A stretch of 64,000 nt of DNA from Eledone cirrhosa. Its lineage: Eukaryota. Location: NCBI GenBank assembly GCA_964016885.1, contig OZ024744.1, positions 129,704,001 to 129,768,000 of the forward strand, given 5' to 3'. Each line of letters opens with the position of its first letter. Positions within the stretch are counted from its first letter, which is position 1. The notes beneath the pieces were generated by a model that did not search any database, was not told where the DNA came from, and was given only the letters and a program-made list of their open reading frames with translations. The translations under genes were made by a program, and so were the position numbers. This document shows positions 22,001 through 33,560 of the stretch, in pieces.

Positions 22001-23580
22001 TTAAGTTGAGTTTAAGTTAAGTTGGGGTTAATTTAAGTTGGGGTTAAGTTAAGTTGGGGTTCAGTTAAGTTGGGGTTAAGTTAAGTTGGGGTTAAGTTAA
22101 GTTGCGGTTAAGTTAAGTTGCCGTTAAGTTAAGTTGAGGTTAAGTTAAGTTGGGGTTAAGTTAAGTTGGGGTTAAGTTAAGTTGGGGCTAAGTTAAGTTG
22201 GGGCTAAGTTAAGTTGGGGCTAAATTAAGTTGGGGTTAAGTTAACTTTGGGTTAAGTTAAGTTGGGTTTGAGTTAAGTTGGGGTTAATTAAGTTGGGGTT
22301 AAGTTAAGTTGGGGTTAAGTTAAGTTGGGGTTAAGTTGGGGTTAAGTTAAGTTGCGGTTAAGTTAAGTTGATGTTAAGTTAAGTTGGGGTTAAGTTAAGT
22401 TGGGGTTAAGTTAAGTTGGGGCTAGGTTAAGTTGGGGTTAATTTAAGTTGGGGTTAAGTTAAGGTGGGGTTAAGTTAAGTTGGGGTCAACTTAAGTTGGG
22501 GTTAAGTTAAGTTGGGGTTAACTTAAGTTGGGGTTAAGTTAAGTTGGGGTTAAGTTAAGTTGGGGTTAAGTTAAGTTGGGGTTACGTTAAGTTGGGGGTA
22601 AGTCAAGTTGGTGGTAAGTTAAGTTGGGGGTAAGTTAAGATGGGGTTAAGTTAAGTTGGGGTTAATTTAATTTGGGGTTAAGTTAAGTTAGGGTTAAGTT
22701 AAGTTGGGGTTGAGTTAAGTTGGGGTTAAGTTAAGTTGGGGTTATGTTAAGTTGGGGTTAAGTTAAGTTGGGGTTAAGTTAAGTTGGGGTTCAATTAAGT
22801 TGCGGATAATTTAAGTTGGGGTTAAGTTAAGTTGGGGTTAAGTTAAGTTGGGGTTAAGTTAAGTTGGGGTTAAATTAAGTTGGGGTTAAATTGAGTTGGG
22901 GTTAAGTTAAGTTGGGGTTATGTTAAGTTGGTGTTAAGTTAAGTTGGGGTTAAGTTAAGTTGGGGTTAAGTTAGGTTGGTGTTAATTTAAGTTGGGGGTA
23001 AGTTAAGTTGGGGGTAAGTTAAGTTGGTGTTAAGTTAAGTTGGGGTTAAGTTAAGTTGGGGTTAAGTTAAGTTGGGTTTAAGTTAAGTTGGGGCTAAGTT
23101 AAGTTAGGGCTAAGTTAAGTTGGGGTTAAGTAAAGTTAGGGCTAAGTTAAGTTGGGGTTAAGTTAAGTTGGGGTTAATTTAAGTTGGGGTTACATTAAGT
23201 TGATGTTAAGTTAAGTTGGGGTTAAGTTAAGTTGGGGTTAAGTTAAGTTGGGGTTAAATTAAGTTGGGGTTAAATTAAGTTGGGGTTAAGTTAAGTTGGG
23301 GTTAAGTTAGGTTGGTGTTAAGTTAAGTTGGGGTTAAGTTAATTTGTGGTTAAGTTAAGTTGGGGTTAAGTTAAGTTGGGGTTAAGTTCAGTCGGGGTTA
23401 AGTTAAGTCGGGGTTAAGTTAAGTTGGGGTTAAGTTAAGTTGCGGTTAAGTTAAGTTGGGGTTAAGTTAAGTTGGGGTTAAGTTAATTAGGGTTAAGTTC
23501 AGTTGGGGTTAAGTTAAGTTGGGGTTAAGTTAAGTTAAGTTAAGTTGGGGCTAAGTTAAGTTAGGGCTAAGTTAAGTTGG
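18220..23580 (+). repeat. Tandem duplication of ~2.7 kb (about 18,220-20,915 and 20,915-23,580); recurs at about 55,560-60,950
   Basis: GAGGATAAG A18334/A21029 and GCTCAATT C19064/C21759 give offset 2,695; TGCCG C19458/C22121 gives 2,663. Both copies share GGCTAGG, AGTCAAG, AAATTGAG and the (AAGTT)4 unit. Confidence 0.9.
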
Positions 23581-26500
23581 GGTTAAGTTAAGTTGGGGTT
23601 AATTTAAGTTGGGGTTACATTAAGTTGAGGTTAAGTTAAGTTGTGGTTAAGTTAAGTTAGGGTTAATTTAAGTTAGGGTTATGTTAAGTTGGGGTTAAGT
23701 TAAGTTGGGGTTAAGTTAGGTTGGTGTTAAGTTAAGTTGGGGTTAAGTTAATTTGTGGTTAAGTTAAGTTGGGGTTAAGTTAAGTTGGGGTTAAGTTCAG
23801 TCGGGGTTAAGTTAAGTCGGGGTTAAGTTAAGTTGGGGTTAAGTTAAGTTGGGGTTAAGTTAAGTTGGGGTTGAGTTAAGTTGGGGTTAAGTTAAGGTGG
23901 GGTTAAAATAAGTTGGGGTTAAGTTAAGTTGGGGTTGAGTTAAGTTGGGGTTGAGTTAATTTGGGGTTAAGTTAAGTTGGGGTTAACTTAAGTTGGGTTT
24001 AATTTAAGTTGGGGTTAATTTAAGTTGGGGTTAAATTAAGTTGGGGTTAAGTTAAGTTGGGGGTAAGATAAGTTGGGGTTAGTTAAGTTGCGGTTAAGTT
24101 AAGTTGGGGTTAAGTTAAGTTGGGGTTAATTTAAGTTGGGGTTAATTTAAGTTGGGGTTAAGTTAAGTTGGGGTTAATTTAAGTTGGGGTTAATTTAAGT
24201 TGGGGTTAAGTTAAGTTGGGGTTAAGTTAAGTTGGGGTAAAGTTAAGTTGGGGTTAAGTTAAGTTGGGGTTAAGTTAAGTTGGGGTTAAGTTGGGGTTAA
24301 GTTAAGTTAGGGTTAACTTACGTTGGGGTTGTGTTAAGTGGTGGTTATGTTAAGTGGTGGTTATGTTAAGTTGGGGTTAAGTTAAGTTGGGGTTAAGTTA
24401 AATTGGGGTTAAGTTAAGTTGCGGTTAAGTTAAGTTGGGGTTAAGTTAAGTTGGGGTTAAGTTAATTAGGGTTAAGTTAAGTTGGGGTTAAGTTAAGTTG
24501 GGGTTAAGTTAAGTTGGGGTTAAGTTAAGTTGGGGTTAAGTTAAGTCGGGGTTAAGTTAAGTTATGGTTAAGTTAAGTTGGGGTTAATTTCAGTTGGGGT
24601 TAAGTTAAGTTGGGGTTAAGTTAAGTTGGGGTTAAGTTAAGTTGAGGTTAAAGTTAAGTAGGGGTTAAATTATGTTGGGGTTAAGTTAAGTTGGGGTTAA
24701 GTTGAGTTGGGGTTAAGTTAAGTTGGGGATAAGTTAAGTTGGGGATAAGTTAAGTTGGGGTTAATTAAGTTGGGTTTAAGTTAAGTTGGGGTTAAGTTAA
24801 GTTGGGGTTAAGTTAAGTTGGGGTTAAGTTAAGTTGGTTAGTTAAGTTGAGTTTAAGTTAAGTTGGGCTTAATTTAAGTTGGGGTTAAGTTAAGTTGGGG
24901 TTAAGTTAAGTTGGGGTTAAGTTAAGTTGGGGTTCAGTCAAGTTAAGTTGGGGTTAAGTTGGGGTAAAATTAAGTTAGGGTTAAGTTAAGTTGGGGTTAA
25001 GTTAAGTTGGGGTTAAGTTAAGTTGGGGTTAAGTTAAGTTGCGGTTAAGTTAAGTTGAGGTTAAATTAAGTTGGGGTTAAGTTAAGTTGGGGTTAATTTA
25101 AGTTGGGGCTAAGTTAAGTTGGGGCTAAGTTAAGTTGGGGCTAAGTTAAGTAGGGGTTAAGTTAACTTTGGGTTAAGTTATGTTGGGTTTGAGTTAAGTT
25201 GGGGTTAATTAAGTTGGGGTTAAGTTAAGTTGGGGTTAAGTTAAGTTGGGGTTAAGTTAAGTTGGTGTTAAGTTAAGTTGCGGTTAAGTTAAGTTGATGT
25301 TAAGTTAAGTTGGGGTTAAGTTAAGTTGGGGTTAAGTTAAGTTGGGGCTAAGTTAAGTTGGGGCTAAGTTAAGTTGGGGCTAAGTTAAGTTGGGGTTAAG
25401 TTAAGGTGGGGTTAAGTTAAGTTGGGGTCAACTTAAGTTGGGGTTAAGTTAAGTTGGGGTTAAGTTAAGTTGGGGTTAAGTTAAGTTGGGGTTACGTTAA
25501 GTTGGGGGTAAGTTAAGTTGGTGGTAAGTTAAGTTGGGGGTAAGTTAAGATGGGGTTAAGTTAAGTTGGGGTTAATTTAATTCGGGGTTAAGTTAAGTTA
25601 GGGTTAAGTTAAGTTGGGGTTATGTTAAGTTGGGGTTAAGTTAAGTTGGGGTTAAGTTAAGTTGGGGTTCAATTAAGTTGCGGTTAATTTAAGTTGGGTT
25701 TAAGTTAAGTTGGGGTTAAGTTAAGTTGGGGTTATGTTAAGTTGGTGTTAAGTTAAGTTGGGGTTAAGTTAAGTTGGGGTTAAGTTAAGTTGGGTTTAAG
25801 TTAAGTTGGGTTTAAGTTAAGTTGGGGCTAAGTTAAGTTAGGGCTAAGTTAAGTTGGGGTTAAGTTAAGTTGGGGTTAATTTAAGTTGGGGTTACATTAA
25901 GTTGAGGTTAAGTTAAGTTGTGGTTAAGTTAAGTTAGGGTTAATTTAAGTTAGGGTTATGTTAAGTTGGGGTTAAGTTAAGTTGGGGTTAAGTTAGGTTG
26001 GTGTTAAGTTAAGTTGGGGTTAAGTTAATTTGTGGTTAAGTTAAGTTGGGGTTAAGTTAAGTTGGGGTTAAGTTCAGTCGGGGTTAAGTTAAGTCGGGGT
26101 TAAGTTAAGTTGGGGTTAAGTTAAGTTGGGGTTAAGTTAAGTTGGGGTTGAGTTAAGTTGGGGTTAAGTTAAGGTGGGGTTAAAATAAGTTGGGGTTAAG
26201 TTAAGTTGGGGTTGAGTTAAGTTGGGGTTGAGTTAATTTGGGGTTAAGTTAAGTTGGGGTTAACTTAAGTTGGGTTTAATTTAAGTTGGGGTTAATTTAA
26301 GTTGGGGTTAAATTAAGTTGGGGTTAAGTTAAGTTGGGGGTAAGATAAGTTGGGGTTAGTTAAGTTGCGGTTAAGTTAAGTTGGGGTTAAGTTAAGTTGG
26401 GGTTAATTTAAGTTGGGGTTAATTTAAGTTGGGGTTAAGTTAAGTTGGGGTTAATTTAAGTTGGGGTTAATTTAAGTTGGGGTTAAGTTAAGTTGGGGTT

Positions 26501-29400
26501 AAGTTAAGTTGGGGTAAAGTTAAGTTGGGGTTAAGTTAAGTTAGGGTTAAGTTAAGTTGGGGTTATGTTAAGTTGGGGTTAAGTTAAGTTGGGGTTAAGT
26601 TAAGTTGGGGTTCAATTAAGTTGCGGTTAATTTAAGTTGGGTTTAAGTTAAGTTGGGGTTAAGTTAAGTTGGGGTTATGTTAAGTTGGTGTTAAGTTAAG
26701 TTGGGGTTAAGTTAAGCTGGGGTTAAGTTAAGTTGGGTTTAAGTTAAGTTGGGGCTAAGTTAAGTTAGGGCTAAGTTAAGTTGGGGTTAAGTAAAGTTAG
26801 GGCTAAGTTAAGTTGGGGTTAAGTTAAGTTGGGGTTAATTTAAGTTGGGGTTACATTAAGTTGAGGTTAAGTTAAGTTGGGGTTAAGTTAAGTTGGGTTT
26901 AAGTTAAGTTGGGGCTAAGTTAAGTTAGGGCTAAGTTAAGTTGGGGCTGAGTTAAGTTGGGGTTAAGTTAAGTTGGGGTTGAGTTAAGTTGGGGTTAAGT
27001 TAAGTTGGGGTTAAGTTAAGTTGGGGCTGAGTTAAGTTGGGGTTACGTTAAGTTGGGGTTAAGGTAAGTTGGGGTTAAGTTAAGTTCGGGTTAAGTTAAG
27101 TTGGTGTTAAGTTAAGTTGGGGCTGAGTTAAGTTGGGGCTAAGTTAAGTTGGGTCTAAGTTAAGTTGGGGTTAAGTTAAGTTGGGGTTAAGTTAAGTTGG
27201 TGTTAAATTAAGTTGGGGTTAAGTTAAGTTGGTGTTAAGTTAAGTTGGGGTTAAGTTAAGTTGGGGTTAATTAAGTTGGGGTTAAGTTAAGTTGGGGTTA
27301 AGTTAATTGGGGTTAAATTAAGTTAGGGTTGAGTTAAGTTGGGGTTAAGTTAAGTTGGGGTTATATTAAGTTGGGGTTAAGTTAAGTTGGGGTTAAGTAA
27401 AGTTGTGGTTCAGTTAAGTTGCGGTTAAGTTAAGTTGGGGTTAAGTTAAGTTAGGCTTAACTTAAGTTGGGGTTAAGTTAAGTTGGGGGTGAGTTAAGTT
27501 GGGGGTAAGTTAAGTTGGGGTTAAGTTAAGTTGGGGTTAAGTTGGGGTTAAGTTAATTTAGGGTTAAGTTAAGTTGGGGTTGAGTTAAGTTGGGGTTAAG
27601 TTAAGTGGTGGTTATGTTAAGTTGGGGTTAAGTTAAGTTGGGGTTAATTTAAATTGGGGTTAATTTAACTTTGTGGTTAAGTTAAGTTGGGGTTAATTTA
27701 AGTTGGGGTTAAGTTAAGTTGGGGTTAATTTAATTTGTGGTTAAGTTAAGTTGGGGTTAAGTTAAGTTGGGGTTGAGTTAAGCTGGGGTTAAGTTAAGTT
27801 GGGGTTAAAATAAGTTGGGGTTAAGTTAAGTTGGGGTTGAGTTAAGTTGGGGTTGAGTTAATTCGGGGTTAAGTTAAGTTGGGGTTAACTTAAGTTGGGT
27901 TTAATTTAAGTTGGGGTTAAGTTAAGTTGGGGTTATAATTAAGTTGGGGTTAAGTTAAGTTGGGGGTAAGATAAGTTGGGGTTAGTTAAGTTGCGGTTAA
28001 GTTAAGTTGGGGTTAAGTTAAGTTGGGGTTAAGTTAAGTTGGGGTTAAGTTAAGTTGGGGTTAATTTAAGTTGGGGTTAATTTAAGTTGGGGTAAAGTTA
28101 AGTTGGGGGTAAGTTAAGTTGGGGTTAAGTTAAGTTGGGGTTAAGTTGGGGTTAAGTTAGGGTTAACTTAAGTTGGGGTTGTGTTAAGTGGTGGTTATGT
28201 TAAGTGGTGGTTATGTTAAGTTGGGGTTAAGTTAAGTTGGGGTTAAGTTAAATTGGGGTTAAGTTAAGTTGCGGTTAAGTTAAGTTGGGGTTAAGTTAAG
28301 TTGGGGTTAAGTTAATTAGGTTTAAGTTAAGTTGGGGTTAAGTTAAGTTGGGGTTAAGTTAAGTTGGGGTTAAGTTAATTTGTGGTTAAGTTAAGTTGGG
28401 GTTAAGTTAAGTTGGGGTTAAGTTAAGTTGGGGATAAGTTAAGTTGAGGATAAGTTAAGTTGGGGTTAATTAAGTTGGCTTTAAGTTAAGTTGGGGTTAA
28501 GTTAAGTTGGGGTTAAGTTAAGTTGGGGTTAAGTTAAGTTGGTTAGTTAAGTTGAGTTTAAGTTAAGTTGGGGTTAATTTAAGTTGGGGTTAAGTTAAGT
28601 TGGGGTTAAGTTAAGTTGGGGTTAAGTTAAGTTGGGGTTCAGTTAAGTTGGGGTTAAGTTAAGTTGGGGTTAAGTTGGGGTAAACTTAAGTTGGGGTTAA
28701 GTTAAGTTGCGGGTAAGTTAAGTTGAGGTTAAGTTAAGTTGGGGTTAAGTTAAGTTGGGGTTAAGTTAAGTTGGGGCTAAGTTAAGTTGGAGCTAAGTTA
28801 AGTTGGGGCTAAGTTAAGTTGGGGTTAAGTTAAGTTGGGGTTAAGTTAAGGTGGGGTTAAGTTAAGTTGGGGTCAACTTAAGTTGGGGTTAATTTAAGTT
28901 GGGGTTAACTTAAGTTGGGGTTAAGTTAAGTTGGGGTTAAGTTAAGTTGGGGTTAAGTTAAGTTGGGGTTACGTTAAGTTGGGGGTAAGTTAAGTTGGTG
29001 GTAAGTTAAGTTGGGGGTAAGTTAAGATGGGGTTAAGTTAAGTTGGGGTTAATTTAATTTGGGGTTAAGTTAAGTTAGGGTTAAGTTAAGTTGGGGTTGA
29101 GTTAAGTTGGGGTTAAGTTAAGTTGGGGTTATGTTAAGTTGGGGTTAAGTTAAGTTGGGGTTAAGTTAAGTTGGGGTTCAATTAAGTTGCGGTTAATTTA
29201 AGTTGGGGTTAAGTTAAGTTGGGGTTAAGTTAAGTTGGGGTTAAGTTAAGTTGGGGTTAAATTAAGTTGGGGTTAAATTAAGTTGGGGTTAAGTTAAGTT
29301 GGGGTTATGTTAAGTTGGTGTTAAGTTAAGTTGGGGTTAAGTTAAGTTGTGGTTAAGTTAGGTTGGTGTTAATTTAAGTTGGGGGTAAGTTAAGTTGGGG
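23530..29400 (+). repeat. Older, more diverged paralog of the ~14,330-19,250 (and ~6,520-11,090) block, with an internal rearrangement
   Basis: Shares TTCAGTCAAG, GGGTCTAAG (C27155), AAGCTGGGG, TTATAATT, GAGGATAAG and GGCTTT in the same order. It has private variants (TTATGG ~24,563, TGTGGTTCAG ~27,405 in place of GGGTACAG, TAAACTT ~28,681). Confidence 0.75.
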
Positions 29401-29464
29401 GTAAGTTAAGTTGGTGTTAAGTTAAGTTGGGGTTAAGTTAAGTTGGGGTTAAGTTAAGTTGGGG

Positions 29465-30110
29465 TTAAGTTAGGGTCGAGTTAAGTTGGGGTTAAGTTAA
29501 GTGGGGGTTATATTAAGTTGGGGTCAAGTTAAGTTGGGGTTAAGTTAAGTTGGGGTTCATTTAAGTTGCGGTTAAGTTAAGTTGGTGTTAAGTTAAGTTG
29601 GGGTTAAGTTAAGTTGGGGTTAAATTAAGTTGGGGTTAAGTTAAGTTGGGGTTAAGTGAAGTTGGGGTTAAGTTAAGTTGCGGTTAAGTTAAGTTGGGGT
29701 TAAGTTAAGTTGGGGTTAAATTAAGTTGGGGTTAAGTTAAGTTGGGGTTAAGTTAAGTTGGGATAAAGTTAAGTTGGTGTTAAGTTAAGTTGAGGTTAAG
29801 TTTACTTGGGGTTAAGTTGCGGTTAAGTTAAGTTGGGGTTGAGTTAAGTTGGTGTTGAGTTAAGTTGGGGTTAATTTAAGTTGGGGTTAATTTAAGTTGG
29901 GGTTAAGCTAGTTTGGGGTTAAGTTAAATCGAGGTTAAGTTAAGTTGGGCTTAAGTTAAGTTGGGGTTAATTTAAGTTGGGGTTAAGTTAAGTTGGGTTT
30001 AAGTTAAGTTGGGGTTAAGTTAAGTTGGGGTTAAGTTAAGTTGGGGTTACATTAAGGTGGGGTTAAGTTAAGTTGGGGTTAAGTTAAGTTGGGCGTTAAG
30101 TTAATTTGGG
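29465..30110 (+). repeat. Patch of satellite monomers with private variants (second copy about 36,225-36,875)
   Basis: GGGTCGAG, GTTCATTT, GGGATAAAG, GTTTACTT, AAGCTAGTTT, AAATCGAGG and GGGCGTT were seen only here and in the +6,760/6,765 copy. Confidence 0.8.
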
Positions 30111-30155
30111 GTTAAGTTAAGTTAGGGTTAAGTTAAGTTGGGGTTGAGTTAAGTT

Positions 30156-33100
30156 GGGGGTAAGTTAAGTTGGGGTTAAGTTAAGTTGGGGTTAAGTTAA
30201 GTTGGGGTTAAGTTAAGTTAGGCTTAACTTAAGTTGGGGTTAAGTTAAGTTGGGGGTGAGTTAAGTTGGGGGTAAGTTAAGTTGGGGTTAAGTTAAGTTG
30301 GGGGTAAGTTAATTTGGGGTTGAGTTAAGTTGGGGTTAAGTTAAGTGGTGGTTATGTTAAGTTGGGGTTAAGTTAAGTTGGGGTTAATTTAAATTGGGGT
30401 TAATTTAACTTTGTTGTTAAGTTAAGTTGGGGTTAATTTAAGTTGGGGTTAAGTTAAGTTGGGGTTGAGTTAAGTTAGGGTTGAGTGAAGTTGGGGTTAA
30501 GTTAAGTTGGGGTTAAATTAAGTTGGGGTTAAGTTAAGTTGGGGTTAATTTAAGTTGGGGTTAAGTTAAGTTGGGGTTAAGTTAATTTGTGGTTAAGTTA
30601 AGTTGGGGTTAAGTTAAGTTGGGGTTAAATTCAGTCGGGGTTAAGTTAAGTCGGGGTTAAGTTACGTTGGGGTTAAGTTAAGTTGGGGTTAAGTTAAGTT
30701 GGGGTTGAGTTAAGTTGGGGTTAAGTTAAGTTGGGGTTAAAATAAGTTGGGGTTAAGTTAAGTTGGGGTTGAGTTAAGTTGGGGTTGAGTGAAGTTGGGG
30801 TTAAGTTACGTTGGGGTTAAATTAAGTTGGGGTTAAGTTAAGTTGGGGGTAAGATAAGTTGGGGTTAGTTAAGTTGCGGTTAAGTTAAGTTGGGGTTAAG
30901 TTAAGTTGGGGTTAAGTTAAGTTGGGGTTAAGTTAAGTTGGGGTTAATTTAAGTTGGGGTTAAGTTAAGTTGGGGTTAATTTAAGTTGGGGTTAATTTAA
31001 GTTGGGGTTAAGTTAAGTTGGGGTTAAGTTAAGTTGGGGTAAAGTTAAGTTGGGGGTAAGTTAAGTTGGGGTTAAGTTAAGTTGGGGTTAAGTTGGGGTT
31101 AAGTTAAGTTAGGGTTAACTTAAGTTGGGGTTGTGTTAAGTGGTGGTTATGTTAAGTGGTGGTTATGTTAAGTTGGGGTTAAGTTAAATTGGGGTTAAGT
31201 TAAGTTGCGGTTAAGTTAAGTTGGGGTTAAGTTAAGTTGGGGTTAAGTTAATTAGGGTTAAGTTAAGTTGGGGTTAAGTTAAGTTGGGGTTAAGTTAATT
31301 TGTTGTTAAGTTAAGTTGGGGTTAAGTTAAGTTGGGGTTAAGTTAAGTTGGGGATAAGTTAAGTTGGGGATAAGTTAAGTTGGGGTTAATTAAGTTGGGT
31401 TTATTTAAGTTGGGGTTAAGTTAAGTTGGGGTTAAGTTAAGTTGGGGTTAAGTTAAGTTGGTTAGTTAAGTTGAGTTTAAGTTAAGTTGGGGTTAATTTA
31501 AGTTGGGGTTAAGTTAAGTTGGGGTTAAGTTAAGTTGGGGTTAAGTTAAGTTGGGGTTAAGTTAAGTTGGGGTTCAGTTAAGTTGGGGTTAAGTTAAGTT
31601 GGGGTTAAGTTGGGGTAAAATTAAGTTGGGGTTAAGTTAAGTTGGGGTTAAGTTAAGTTGGGGTTAAGTTAAGTTGCGGTTAAGTTAAGTTGAGGTTAAG
31701 TTAAGTTGGAGTTAAGTTAAGTTGGGGTTAAGTTAAGTTGGGGCTAAGTTAAGTTGGGGCTAAGTTAAGTTGGGGCTAAGTTAAGTTGGGGTTAAGTTAA
31801 CTTTGGGTTAAGTTAAGTTGGGTTTGAGTTAAGTTGGGGTTAATTAAGTTGGGGTTAAGTTAAGTTGGGGTTAAGTTAAGTTGGGGGTAAGTTAAGTTGG
31901 GGTTAAGTTAAGTTGGGGTTAAGTTAAGTTGGGGTTAAGTTAAGTTAGGCTTAACTTAAGTTGGGGTTAAGTTAAGTTGGGGGTGAGTTAAGTTGGGGGT
32001 AAGTTAAGTTGGGGTTAAGTTAAGTTGGGGGTAAGTTAATTTGGGGTTGAGTTAAGTTGGGGTTAAGTTAAGTGGTGGTTATGTTAAGTTGGGGTTAAGT
32101 TAAGTTGGGGTTAATTTAAATTGGGGTTAATTTAACTTTGTTGTTAAGTTAAGTTGGGGTTAATTTAAGTTGGGGTTAAGTTAAGTTGGGGTTGAGTTAA
32201 GTTGGGGTTGAGTGAAGTTGGGGTTAAGTTAAGTTGGGGTTAAATTAAGTTGGGGTTAAGTTAAGTTGGGGTTAATTTAAGTTGGGGTTAAGTTAAGTTG
32301 GGGTTAAGTTAATTTGTGGTTAAGTTAAGTTGGGGTTAAGTTAAGTTGGGGTTAAATTCAGTCGGGGTTAAGTTAAGTCGGGGTTAAGTTACGTTGGGGT
32401 TAAGTTAAGTTGGGGTTAAGTTAAGTTGGGGTTGAGTTAAGTTGGGGTTAAGTTAAGTTGGGGTTAAAATAAGTTGGGGTTAAGTTAAGTTGGGGTTGAG
32501 TTAAGTTGGGGTTGAGTGAAGTTGGGGTTAAGTTACGTTGGGGTTAAATTAAGTTGGGGTTAAGTTAAGTTGGGGGTAAGTTAAGTTGGGGTTAGTTAAG
32601 TTGCGGTTAAGTTAAGTTGGGGTTAAGTTAAGTTGGGGTTAAGTTAAGTTGGGGTTAAGTTAAGTTGGAGTTAATTTAAGTTGGGGTTAAGTTAAGTTGG
32701 GGTTAAGTTAAGTTGGGGTAAAGTTAAGTTGGGGGTAAGTTAAGTTGGGGTTAAGTTAAGTTGGGGTTAAGTTGGGGTTAAGTTAAGTTAGGGTTAACTT
32801 AAGTTGGGGTTGTGTTAAGTGGTGGTTATGTTAAGTGGTGGTTATGTTAAGTTGGGGTTAAGTTAAATTGGGGTTAAGTTAAGTTGCGGTTAATTTAAGT
32901 TGGGGTTAAGTTAAGTTGGGGTTAAGTTAATTAGGGTTAAGTTAAGTTGGGGTTAAGTTAAGTTGGGGTTAAGTTAATTTGTTGTTAAGTTAAGTTGGGG
33001 TTAAGTTAAGTTGGGGTTAAGTTAAGTTGGGGATAAGTTAAGTTGGGGATAAGTTAAGTTGGGGTTAATTAAGTTGGGTTTATTTAAGTTGGGGTTAAGT

Positions 33101-33560
33101 TAAGTTGGGGTTAAGTTAAGTTGGGGTTAAGTTAAGTTGGTTAGTTAAGTTGAGTTTAAGTTAAGTTGGGGTTAATTTAAGTTGGGGTTAAGTTAAGTTG
33201 GGGTTAAGTTAAGTTGGGGTTAAGTTAAGTTGGGGTTAAGTTAAGTTGGGGTTCAGTTAAGTTGGGGTTAAGTTAAGTTGGGGTTAAGTTGGGGTAAAAT
33301 TAAGTTGGGGTTAAGTTAAGTTGGGGTTAAGTTAAGTTGGGGTTAAGTTAAGTTGCGGTTAAGTTAAGTTGAGGTTAAGTTAAGTTGGAGTTAAGTTAAG
33401 TTGGGGTTAAGTTAAGTTGGGGCTAAGTTAAGTTGGGGCTAAGTTAAGTTGGGGCTAAGTTAAGTTGGGGTAAAGTTAACTTTGGGTTAAGTTAAGTTGG
33501 GTTTGAGTTAAGTTGGGGTTAATTAAGTTGGGGTTAAGTTAAGTTGGGGTTAAGTTAAGT
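30156..33560 (+). repeat. 1,727-bp tandem duplication (30,156-31,882 and 31,883 to about 33,560); recurs at about 36,921-40,330
   Basis: TAGGCTTAAC C30223/C31950 and C36988/C38715, and AAATTCAGTC C30632/C32359, all give offset 1,727. Confidence 0.9.
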
